Assembly (NCBI GenBank): GCA_030248215.1 | Contig: JASANG010000753.1 | Span: 186,001 to 250,000 of the forward strand | Direction: 5' to 3' | Origin: Enoplolaimus lenunculus | Taxonomy: Eukaryota | Length of the DNA stretch: 64,000 nucleotides | In this document: positions 14,405 through 25,302 of the stretch, piece after piece | Numbering within the stretch: position 1 is the stretch's first letter | Layout of the letters: every line of letters begins with the position of its first letter | The notes under the pieces: generated by a model | Told to the model about the DNA's origin: nothing | What the model saw: only the letters and a program-made list of their open reading frames with translations | The model's database searches: none | Made by a program: the position numbers and the translations under genes

Positions 14405-14550
14405 CGTGTTTAACAATTGCAACACGTATACATAGTACTAAATCATCACAAGACGTGAGAGCCCCTCGGGCTCGAGCGTCAAGCTCCTATAGCTGAGTGG
14501 TGATGGTATACGCCTCCCCCTCCAGTCACTGGAGTTCGAATCCTTTCAGC
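14405..14550 (+). repeat. Dispersed repeat with an internal Pol III A/B box and an upstream hairpin; copies at about 11070-11215 (-), 26670-26730 (+) and 55950-56018 (-)
   Basis: CACAAGACGTGAGAGCCCCTCGGGCTCGAGCGTCAAGCTCCTATAGCTGAGTGG...GAGTTCGAATCC. The reverse complement is recognisable near 11100-11175. Confidence 0.6.
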
Positions 14551-14870
14551 TAACTTAACGAGACCCGTTACCACAGGGAAGCAGCGAGGGGGCTAAAGCC
14601 AACTCGTTTAGAAAAAAGGCTGATCCCCCTAGAAAGTTTCAACCTCGACTGTAAAGTCGTCTAAAATATTTGTATGCCTCTTTGAGGGGTGTTTAGCCCC
14701 CCCCCCCCTGGCGGCAAGATGAACTCACCGCCGGCCTGTAGTCAAATTGTTTTTGTTCAAGTCTTCTCAGAAACGTACCGTAATGCCCTATAAGCTATTA
14801 GTATTCAGGTCGCTTTTTTTGCATTCATCAGTTATCAATAAGACGTTCAGTGGTAGATCTAAAATATTTC

Positions 14871-15209
14871 GGCCAATGTAAAGAACAGAGGCGGAACACT
14901 ATTATAAGCATATTCCTAAGCCCAAGCCTAAGCCTAAGCCTAAGCGTAAGAATAAGCATATTCCTAAGCCTAAGTGTAAGCCTAAGCCTAAGCCTAAGTG
15001 TAAGAATGAGCATATTCCTAAGCTTAAGCCTAAACCTAAGCCTTAGCGTAAGTATGAGCATATTCGTAAGCTTAAGCCTAAACCTAAGCCTAAGCATAAG
15101 TATGAGCATTTTCCTAAGCCTAAGTCAAGCAAAAAATTAGTCTAAAGCTTAAGCTTACTCTAATGCAGTCCCACAGAAAAACGTTCCGCCCTTGATCTTT
15201 ACATGGGCC
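14871..15209. mobile_element. Telomeric-repeat MITE (Merlin-like), subfamily A
   Basis: Both TIRs present, with about five (GCCTAA)n plus spacer modules. Confidence 0.85.
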
Positions 15210-15595
15210 ACAAATTTCAAACGACAAGACCTAGTGGGAAATAATAGCGAAAAAAAAGCTTGCAAGAGTGAGAAACCAGCCGCAAGTTTAGTACTGCAAT
15301 CTTAATTCAAAATTTTGATCTTGAACCCGTATCGGTGGGAGCCATGGCGCGGATGACCTTTTTGGATCCGTCATTGCCAATAAGCGTGTGCGTTGCGGTT
15401 TTAACTTTTGAATATGTGTAACAGTTGTCTGTCTGGCAAGTATCACACAAGCACGCAATCTGAACATATCTCATGATTAAAGTTCTAGACGGAAGTCAAT
15501 AAAAGTTTACCATAAAACTATATGATGTGCGTTTTATTAATTGAAGCTGTCAGAATATACCGCTGGGGTGTGCAACCGGGTCGGAATATAGCAAG

Positions 15596-15888
15596 CAGGG
15601 TGCAACCGGAGGTGAAAAATACCGGAGCCGGAGCCGGAGGTCAACAAAATTTGCCGGAGCCGGACGGTGAGGCGAAATCAGGTAGTAACGATGATGGTTA
15701 ACTAGTTAATTTTAGCCAATATCTGCAATATGTTGTTAATCAAACAGATTAATTTTACAAAGTTATGCAAAATTTTACTACCAAAATTGCCGGAACCTCC
15801 GGCAAAAATTTACCGGAGTCGCAGCCGGAGGCGGAGCCGGAGTCGCAGCCGGAGGCGGAGCCGGAGGCAGACCTCCGGTTGTACCTTG
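15596..15888. mobile_element. hAT-like MITE (CAGGGTGCAACCGGAGGT TIR, GCCGGA subrepeats); sisters at 36039-36402 and 44924-45282
   Basis: Perfect 8-bp TSD ATAGCAAG with CAGGG...CC(T/C)TG termini. Confidence 0.85.
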
Positions 15889-17554
15889 ATAGCAAGCTGT
15901 AATATATAAATATGTATACCATTAGGAAAAAATAGTCTATCAAGAACGGAACAATAATATAATTATTAAAACAGTTTCCGTTTTCGGTAAAAAATCCGTT
16001 TTCGTTTCCGTTAAAAATGTTGCATCTTTCAATTTAACATATTTAAAAACATATTTTGAACTCTTTAATATTTGCAAACCTCGGGGTGTGGTCGCGGCAA
16101 TCCCCATTTGCGTATTATATTTTGCTTTCATCGCCGGCATTTCTGACGTTCGCAGGCATTCAGGAACAGGGGTGTCGTGGGTGTCACTCAAAATCCGTTG
16201 AAAAAATTGTGGGGCCGCGGGTAATCTTATACAAGTCACAGACAATCGGGTGTTGTAAGCTAAAATATTTAATGCGAAACAATGCTCTGGTTTCTCGCTC
16301 GCTTCGTCGTCGAATTCCTTAAAGTTTTCTACCTGTCATTTGACTCTTGATTGCATACCAAAAATTAGAACCACTCCGTTTTCGCGTTTATATGCTGTCG
16401 TTCTGTTTGACATCAATAAAAAATCGCTCTTGCGTTCCTGTGTGTTGTTCAGCTATAGCATACAAGCGTATGGTGTAACCGGATATCCGTTTCTGTTTCA
16501 GTTTCTGGTAAAAAACGGTGTCTGTTTCCGTTTACGTTGTAGACATACCGGAAATTCTGTTATTTTCGCGCGCAAAATTAGTTAAATATCACGTAAATAT
16601 CTCGCAATTATTCGTTCATTATAAAGTAAAAATATCCGTTTCCGCTTCCGTTATTTATATTATCCGTTTGGACCCTGCACGAGCGTAACCCTGGATTTTA
16701 GTTAGCACCTCATAGCTCGAACTGCAGTCAGCGATTTGGCGAGAAATATTTTCTGGTCTTCTTTGACGGTCATTTGATATACTGATGTTACCTAAATTAG
16801 CCAATGTTACTTTTAGGACCGTAACAGTAGATTAAGCGTATTCGTAATCCTAAGCCTAAGCGTTGCACAAGCGTAATTCTAAACCTAAAATCATAGGTTA
16901 TTAAAGGTAGTTAAGGTATATGATTCATTTTAAGTAATATTTGATGACTATCAGGGCCCAAACTAACAATAGGATCGCACTAAAAGCCTAAATTTAAGCT
17001 GGCCCGTGTAAATAGCAGGGGCTGAACAGTTTTCTAGGGGACTGCAGAGAGTAAGCTTAGACTTTTGATATATTTTTTGCTTAATGGATTTAGGATTTAG
17101 GCTTAGGTTTAGACTTAGGCTTTGGTGTAAGCTACGTTATGCTCAGGCTTAGGTATAAGCTCACACTTCGGTTTAGGCTTTGACTAAGGTATAAACTCCC
17201 GCTTAGGTTTAGGTGTAGGTTTCGGCTTAAGAATATGCTAATACTACTGCTATGGCCCTGTTCTACACACGGGCCAACCTAATTATAGCCTAACCATATC
17301 TCTAAATCATAAGACTAAACCTATTAAGCCTAATTGTAATTTTAAGCCCAATCCTAAGCGTAAACCGTACTAATGTCCCCATGCTACCCATGGGCAGGCC
17401 AAATAAACCACGTGGGTCCGGTTCATTTACCAAGGCCATACCTTTTAAATCTGTCGTATTAATGAGCTCCAACTCAAAAGATGTTTGCTTTGAACGAGAC
17501 CTAAAAAGTTCTCTCGTGCATTGCCCCACCCACGAGAAGATTTCCTAAAAATAA

Positions 17555-17823
17555 AACCATATTCACACGTGCAAGTTTTTGCTGCGAGAACTTGCATCTG
17601 CAATTTGCACTTGCAAGTTTTGTCCAAAATCCCGTTCGAAAAACTTGCAGCGGCAAATAATTCAATAAAAATCATAGGAATTTTAGTTCACATGTGTGAA
17701 TAACCACGTAAGTTCACTGAAGTTATTGCAGCCGCTTTCTCATTAGCTGATGAAAAAAATGCAAGTTCTGCGTGCAATTTGCAGCTGTTATCGCAGCCAA
17801 AACTTCCATGTGTGAACAGGGCT
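17555..17823. mobile_element. PIF/Harbinger-like MITE; sisters at 28054-28332 and 56447-56735
   Basis: TIR A(G)CC.TATTCACACGTG...CA(C/T)GTGTGAA.AGGGCT with TAA/TTA-type 3-bp flanks and a TTGCA-rich interior. Confidence 0.72.
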
Positions 17824-18037
17824 TAAATGGTTGCAAATCTTATCGGTCCTGAAATGTTTAGTCCATCCTCTCTTCAAAACGTTTAAAAATAACTGCAAAA
17901 TATTTAAAATGTTTGAAATTGTCCAAAAGACAGGATATGCATTCTATTTAAGATCAGAGATAATTTTACAGTTTTAATAAAATGTCATCAAAAGCTTACG
18001 CTTAAGTGACGTTGTTTTAGTACCGTAGCGTTTTTTT

Positions 18038-18245
18038 GACCCATGTATAGAACAGGGCCGGAACAGTAGTATAAGCATATTCCTAAGCCTAAGCCTAAGC
18101 CTAAGCCTAAGCCTAAGCGTATAGATTAGCCTATTCCTAAGCCTAAGCCTATTAAGCCTAACAAAACAATTTGTGTAAAACTCAAACTGCAGACTCTACT
18201 ATAGCCCCTCCGGGAAACGATCCGGCCCTGTTCTATACATGGGCC
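18038..18245. mobile_element. Telomeric-repeat MITE (Merlin-like), subfamily B
   Basis: TIR CCCATGTATAGAACAGGGCCGGA at both ends, a pure (GCCTAA)5-6 run, flanks GTTTTTTT/GTTTTATT. Confidence 0.85.
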
Positions 18246-18412
18246 GTTTTATTTTTGTAAACAAAATTTTGATTTTCATAGTTGATTTAAAGTTTTAAAA
18301 TAAACATTTTAATATAATTGATTTTTCAACTCAAAGACCTTCTTTGACGTTCAATTGCTTGTTTACCGTGGAATTACGTTTCAGTTGCGTTTTAGTGTTT
18401 TTTATATTTGTC

Positions 18413-18663
18413 GGCCCATGGAAAGATCAGGGGTGGAACGTTTTTCTGTTCGACTGCAATAGAGTAAGCTTAAGGTTTAGACTAATTTTTTTGCCTGGTT
18501 TAGTGCTTAGGCTTTGGCTTAGGAATATGCTCATACTTATGCTTAGGCTTAGACTTAGGCTTATGCTTAGGAATATGCTCATGCTTATGCTTAGGCTTAG
18601 ACTTAGGCTTAGGCTTAGGAATATGGTTATAATACTGTTCCGTCCCTGTTCTTTACATTGGCC
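18413..18663. mobile_element. Telomeric-repeat MITE (Merlin-like), subfamily A, opposite orientation
   Basis: Both TIRs, (TTAGGC)n core, flanks TATTTGTC/CATTTGTC. Confidence 0.85.
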
Positions 18664-20075
18664 CATTTGTCTATGAATAAGAAAGACTAAACTAAACTTG
18701 AATTTTAAGTTTAAACTCATATTAACCTGAAATTAAGATCAACTTTATTTTTGTTATTTTAGTACAAATAGGGCTGATGTATACAACTCCGCCGTTATGC
18801 CTAAAGCCGTAGCCTAAGCGTAATAATGAGCTTATATTTAACCTAAACGTAAGCATAAACCAAAAATGTCGTTTGAAGCTTAAGCTTTGCTCTACAGCAG
18901 CCTCGCAGAAAAATGTTCAGCCAATATAAAGAACAGGGGCGGAAAAGTATTATAATACACGGGCTCTTTATACTTAAACCTAAGCAAAAAACAATCTAAA
19001 GCTTTAAGCTTACGCTATTGCAGTGCCGCAGAAAAACGTTCCGCGTTTGATTTTTTGCGCGAACCGCAATGTGAACCCAAATGGCAACACCGCTAATAAT
19101 AAACTGAGTACAGGTGGGAAATGAAAAATCTGACAGATTTCAACAGCAGTTTATCAATTTTGGTCATTTTTCTTTCAGATTGAAATCAGATTCTGTGATA
19201 CTGTCAATATTTGAAAAAATATCTTATTTTAAGCATACCAGGTACTGAGAGTTTTTTTACTCGTTTCATACGTAAAAGCGATGGGTATATTGTATTGTTT
19301 GAGTAGAGCCTGCCACGTCAATCACTGTGGTTTTGTTTCTAAAGTCTTATTAGCAATTAATTAGCATTTCATTTTATAACACAAATAAATTTGTCTCAAA
19401 GTCGTTAACAGGGGGGTAACGGCTCATGTTGACCACGCCCCCCTGTTTTTGACATCTCCGGTGGGTAAAGTCAAATAAGCTTTGTCTGTCGATTAAGCAT
19501 CTGTCTCGATAGCAAAGCTGAGATTGAAAAAAAGACGAAACGCAGAAAACTACAAAATAACACGTTTGTGACCTCAATAACTTTACGCTTACGTCATAAA
19601 CCGTGACTACATTTCAACTGGAACAAGCGTTTGAATGCGCACAGTTTCAACGGAGCGTTGAAGTCAACCGTCGTTGAGTTTTGTTTCGCCAGAAATCCTA
19701 CCCTTCGAACGCATTTTTCTCGGCTGTGTTTGGTATCGCCCCCACCCGTAAAGTGTTTCAATTTTGACTTTTAAAAATTTACTTTCGAGCTAAAAATTAT
19801 TAGCTTAGTTATTATAATTTTCAAATATTTTGTGTTCAAATACGTAATTATTTTCGCTACAACGAATCATTGAACCCAACTGTTGGTTGTTAACAATGAA
19901 AACTTTGTCATTTTGGAATTATTTTTTTTGGTCAAACATGATTTGCAGAAGCGAAGAATTTTTTCATTTCGGGGAGGGGGTATATGTGTTGAACACGTAT
20001 TGCTGTGAGCAAGGATAGCGAGCGTATTCAGGTTTACGTTGGTTAATTTTATATTCTGTTCAATATTAGGTTCAG

Positions 20076-20209
20076 TTTTCCTAAAATCTTGAAAGCCATG
20101 TCGTCATCTGCATACCACTTTTCCTAAAATCTCGCAAGCCATGACGTCATTTGCATACCACTTTTCCTAAAATCTCGCAAGCCATGACGTCATCTGCATA
20201 CCAGTTTTC
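20076..20209. repeat. 43-bp tandem repeat x3
   Basis: TTTTCCTAAAATCTCGCAAGCCATGACGTCAT(T/C)TGCATACCAC at 20076, 20119 and 20162. Confidence 0.92.
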
Positions 20210-20475
20210 GTGTATGCGTCGTTAGAAAATCGTTTGGTTTGGTTCCGGTCAAACTTTTATAACGCGTTGCATTAACCCGTAGATTGAGATTTAGAATACG
20301 GAAGTTGAGTTGAAAATTTAGAAATTCAAATATTAAATAGGTAAATATGCCAAAACCTGGACCTTAATAGGTAGTACTGTAGTGCCGAGGGGGTAATTAC
20401 AGGGGTCCCCATTTTGATATCTGATCAATAGGAAAATATTATACCTGCTATGTATCGATGTAGAATATTGTTCAG

Positions 20476-20682
20476 GCCCATGTAAAGAACAGGGCGGAAC
20501 AATAACAGAAGCATATTCTTAAGCCTTAGCCTGAACCTAAGCGTAAGCCTAAGCGTCAGAATGAGCGTATTCCTATATCTAAGCCTAAACCTAAGCCAAG
20601 CAAAAAAATTAGTCTAAAGCTTAAGCTTACTCAATTCTAGTACCACAGAAAAACGTTCCGCCCCTGATTTTTACATGGGCCA
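20476..20682. mobile_element. Telomeric-repeat MITE (Merlin-like), subfamily A
   Basis: GGCCCATGTAAAGAACAGGGCGGAAC ... GTTCCGCCCCTGATTTTTACATGGGCC with a GCCTAA core. Confidence 0.82.
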
Positions 20683-21223
20683 TAAATTCATAACACCATA
20701 CAATCTTTATCATATTACGCCAAAAATAGTTGTAAGAAAAAAAAATTAGTTAGCTTAAGCTAAGCCTTTCGACTATGGTCTTATGCTATTTGATAAAATT
20801 GCATAAAGAAAAGCTTAGCACAGTTGCGGGTCGGATTTAAATTTTCAAGAGCTTAAAATGTCAATTTGGTTTTCTTAGGAATTTTAACCAAAAATACAGT
20901 TGCGCCAGATGGTTTTGATATTACCGGCAGATATGGATATGTTTGAATATTCCGCCAGATTATATGGTGGCAATGTTTTGGGTCAATGTAAACAATAGGG
21001 GCGGCACAGTATTTTGAGCATATTCCTAAACCTAGATATAACATATTATTCTAGGACTTATATTTAATCACAATATTTCAAACGATAAATTTTTCAAAAC
21101 CCTTACAATCGATACGGAAATTTGGCATTTTAACCTTTTAAAGCGTGCAGCCAAAAGTTTAGTACCTTTAAGAATTAGCCATTCCTGTAAAACGTTTTGG
21201 TTCTATGGGCATATACAAGGTGC

Positions 21224-21558
21224 GGCCAATGTAACGAACAGGGTCGGAACAGTATTATAAGTATATTCCTAAGCCTAAGCCTAAGAGTAAGAATGAGTTC
21301 ACCCCTAAGCCTAATCCTAAGCGTAAGCCTAAGCATAAGAATGAGTATAATCATAAGCCTAAGTCTAAGCCTAACCATCTAAGCATGAGAATGAGTTTAC
21401 CCCTAAGCCTAAGCCTAAGGCTATGCGTAAGAATGAGCATATTCCTCAGCCTAAGCCTAAACTTAAGCCTAAACCAAGTAAAAAATTAGTCTAAAATTTA
21501 AGCATACTCTTTTGTAGTCCCACAGAAAAACGCCATGCCCCTGATCTTTACATGGGCC
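21224..21558. mobile_element. Telomeric-repeat MITE (Merlin-like), subfamily A
   Basis: Both TIRs, several modules, flanks CAAGGTGC/CGAAGTGC (6/8). Confidence 0.82.
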
Positions 21559-22178
21559 CGAAGTGCGATACTGGGATGAAATATTCCACGCTTGAAATTT
21601 TATAAGACTCGTAAATTGCACTTTTTAGCGGAGACACTACAATTCGTATGGGTCAAATAACTTTGCTTTCGCTCGTTCGCCAAAACTTTTCGGACTTTGT
21701 TAACCTGTGCCGAAGTATAATTCAAGCTGCGCTCTAAAACTTTGAAATATGAAATCTTTCATCTGTCAAAACAATATTTGTTTGAAATTGTCGCTTGGTA
21801 TAATTTTGTCAGCTACGTCATCATGTTATGGGCTGGGTACAAAATTACACTCGTACATGCTTTCTTGTTTGGGCTCATGTAAAGATCAAAGGCGGAACGT
21901 TTTTCTGCGGGACTGCCATAAAGTAAGGTGTATAGACGTATTTTTTACTTAAGCGTAAACTTCGGCTAAGGTATACACTCATTCTTACGCTTTGGCTTAT
22001 ATGTTTAGGAATATGCTTATACTACTGTTACAGCAATGTTCCATAAACTGGCTCTTGTTTGCAACCTAAAATTTGCCTAATGAGGTTGAACCCGATACTG
22101 CGCATACCTTAAACAGGCCTGCAATTTGAAATCCTTGGCAGAGGAACAGGTTGATTTAGAAAAGATACAAAAATTTCC

Positions 22179-22563
22179 TGCCCATGTAAAGATCAGGGCC
22201 GGAACGTTTTTCTGAGGGTCTAGAATAGAGTAAAGCTTAAGTCTTAGACAAATTTTTTGCTTGGCTAAGGCTTAGGCTTAGGCTAAGAAATAAACTCAGT
22301 TTTACATTTAGGCTTAGGCTTATGCGGGGTTCACAACGGGGCAGTCACACTTGCCCCCAGCCTGTCCCTCCCCCAAAAGTCTCCCCCACCCTCCGCCAAA
22401 AAAACCCCGCCTCCCCCCCTTGCCCCCCCCCGGCCCCCCCCACCCACCCCCCCCCCCCTTAGGCTAAGGAATAAACTCATTTTTACGTTTAGGCTTAGGC
22501 TTAGGCTTGTAGGCTTACGAATATGCGTATAATACTGTTCCGCTCCTGTTCTTTACATTGGCC
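22179..22563. mobile_element. Telomeric-repeat MITE (Merlin-like)
   Basis: Perfect 8-bp TSD AAATTTCC (22171-22178 / 22564-22571). The middle contains a poly-C-rich stretch that may be a consensus error. Confidence 0.88.
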
Positions 22564-25132
22564 AAATTTCCTAACAGAGAAATCTTTTCATTCTGTGGGA
22601 TTAATTTCCCGTCCGGAGGACGGAATTGTTTCTAGAAGCCGGCACTCCTGTTTCGCGTCGCCGTAGCTGCGTACCTCTATTCGCACCCCATATGGCGCAG
22701 ACCTTAAGCTGCCATGGCAACCACCTTTCCTCCACAATTGAAAAAACCATAAATTTAATTTCCTGATTTCAAACGGTCGTTTAAATTTAAGGTTTTTTCA
22801 ATTATGAAGCAAATCTTGTTTGCCTTAGCTGGGTGTCTATTTGAACCCCATTTGGGTCAGTCCTTAAAGCTGCTATAGCAACCGCGTTTGCCCCATAATT
22901 TCAAAACCCTTAAAATTATACGAGACCGTTTAAAATCACAGGAAATTAAATTTGTGATTTGGATGTTCACTTGACTGATTTTAAAAGGGGACATTGCCCA
23001 ATTCACCACCCGAAACTGCATTTTAGCAGTTGACTGCATAAATTTTACGCTAAAAGTACTTTGATTTCGGTTAATTTTAAGTGTATTTGGCTCGAAAGTA
23101 CATTTTATTAATTTCGCATGAACTGGTCGCAGATATAGGACTTCTGAGAAGTAGTATACGCGATTGAACCAAGCTGGTGCCCAGGGCACCAAGCTAGCTG
23201 GGGGCTAAACATTTTTCAAACGGTACATACAAGGGTTTGCGGTGACTTGCAAGCAAGGTTGACAATTTTCTAGAGGGCCAAAATGGTTTCTGGAGGGCTG
23301 AGTTTGCCCCTGTACCGTTTCTGGTTGCGTGCGCGGACGTAACACATTTGGATCCACGGCAGACCGTCCTAAGATGTAAAACCAAATTAGGGGTGACGAT
23401 TTACCTTTCATTATGTCTTTTGTCTCCGTTCGTCTTCGTTCGTTACCGTTCAATGATTAACGCGAATCCTTTGCGGGCCAAACTGAACAGTGACGGACGG
23501 CGACGAACGGCGACGTACGACAAATGTATCGAGCCACTATTATTGCAACAAGTTGCAATAATTGCAGGCTCAAATCCGTATAACCAGTTAGCAATGCGGT
23601 TTTAATTTTCAAACCAGCGAATACTTGCAGTTACAGATCGCAAAATTTGCACAGAAGTAGAGTAAAACACAAATATGAAAAAAATTTTCAAATTTCGATA
23701 CGAGACCTATTGATAAACTGTGATCGTATTTTCCAATGCGTATAGCACCTATCACCAGCTAGCGAAATACCGTTTCAAACGAACAAACTCATTTGGTTGT
23801 GTATCTCAAAATTGGTACAGAAGTAGGACAAATACGCAAACCTGCGCTAAATTTTGTAATTTTTTAGCCGTTCGCTGGTTCGAAAGTTACACGACCAATC
23901 GCCAACTGGTAATAGGTGCTAGACACGTTTGAGAATACAGATTCTGGAATGCTGCGCATAAAGTTAAAAAATTGGCTAATTTTAGATTATAGAATTAAAA
24001 AAATGCCTGTAAAAAGTATTGCAAAATCCGTCTGGTTTGTAATTTCTTAGATCTTCTAACCTGGTTTCGAGTGAAACAAATGTGTGTTTTCGTGTAACTT
24101 TTTCGTGTCTTTTCAGCAAATCAGGGCGATATATCTCTCGTATCATTCCTTTTGTATACGATTCCGACTTTTATGTCTTTAACAATTTTTTTGCCTAATT
24201 CTATTGGTTCATTGTCATTATTAATATTAATGGCAGGTATGTATTTTGTTTTTTGTAAGCAAACTGTTACAAAAGTTACGCTAACAGTAGCAACAGTTTT
24301 GAGTGTTTTTTACTATAGATGGGCGCCGCATATCCGGATATCCTGATATTCGGATATGAAAAATATCCGGATATGTATCCGAAAAGAATGTGTATTTGGA
24401 TATCCGGAAATGAAAAATCATTGAAAAGAAATGTGTATATGGATATTTGGATATGAAATATATCCGGATAACTATTCGAAATGAAATGTTTATCCGGATA
24501 TCGGGATATGAATAATATCCGGATATGTTTCCGAAAGGAAATGTTTATCCGGATATCCGGATATGAAAAATATCTCCATAAAGTATGCGAAAAGAAGCGT
24601 GTATGACTATAATGTTCACTAGCGGATTCTGAGAGCTGACGTACGCCCCACCGCCAGAAATGTTGTACATTAAAATGGTAATATCTCTACAATACAATTT
24701 ATCTTCCCGATAAAATCGCCACATATATAGCATACAGTAAAAATTGCGTTTCGTAAACATTTGCCAACCCACCCTCACGTCTCAAATTTCTGGATCCGCC
24801 GCTACCCACGCCTTAATATGTCCTTTGCCCTTTTACTAGAATGCAATATCCTATATCCGACCCGAAAGCTCCAGAAAAACTTGAGAAAATAAGCATTTTA
24901 CATTCCGTTGAATATCCTGTAGAATTTTTGCGACAGATTTCAATACGAATCAAAATCAGTTTGCATTCGTTGCATTCAACTTATTATGGGTATCCGTGGT
25001 ACAACAATTGGCGTTTGTGACGTCCCAGTTTGGAACTGAAAGAAATGGCACGTTTGGGATTCGACATACATTTCGCCAAAAATTGTTGCGATTAGCAGAT
25101 TTCCAGCTTTAAAGTAAACCAGTTGCATACAT

Positions 25133-25302
25133 TTGTCCAAGGAAAAATTTGAGTGATTCCACAGAGTAGACCGGACTGCTACATAAATACGGTTGTGTCC
25201 ATGGTACCTTATGGCACTTGTCCAAGGAAAAATTTGAGTGATTCCACAGAGTAGACCGGACTGCTACATAAATACGGTTGTGTCCATGGTACCTTATGGC
25301 AC
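25133..25302. repeat. Perfect 85-bp tandem duplication
   Basis: 25133-25217 is identical to 25218-25302. Confidence 0.92.

Noticed and set aside
19515..19680. Homeobox-like fragments (KKRRN..., QLEQAFE)
   Set aside because: The pieces are separated by stop codons, and there is no WFQN-type helix 3 or usable splice sites.
22335..22460. Poly-C/G-quadruplex-like tract inside a MITE (similar C-runs at about 53100-53190)
   Set aside because: Both interrupt otherwise regular tandem repeats and look like consensus or base-calling errors. This cannot be supported without reads.
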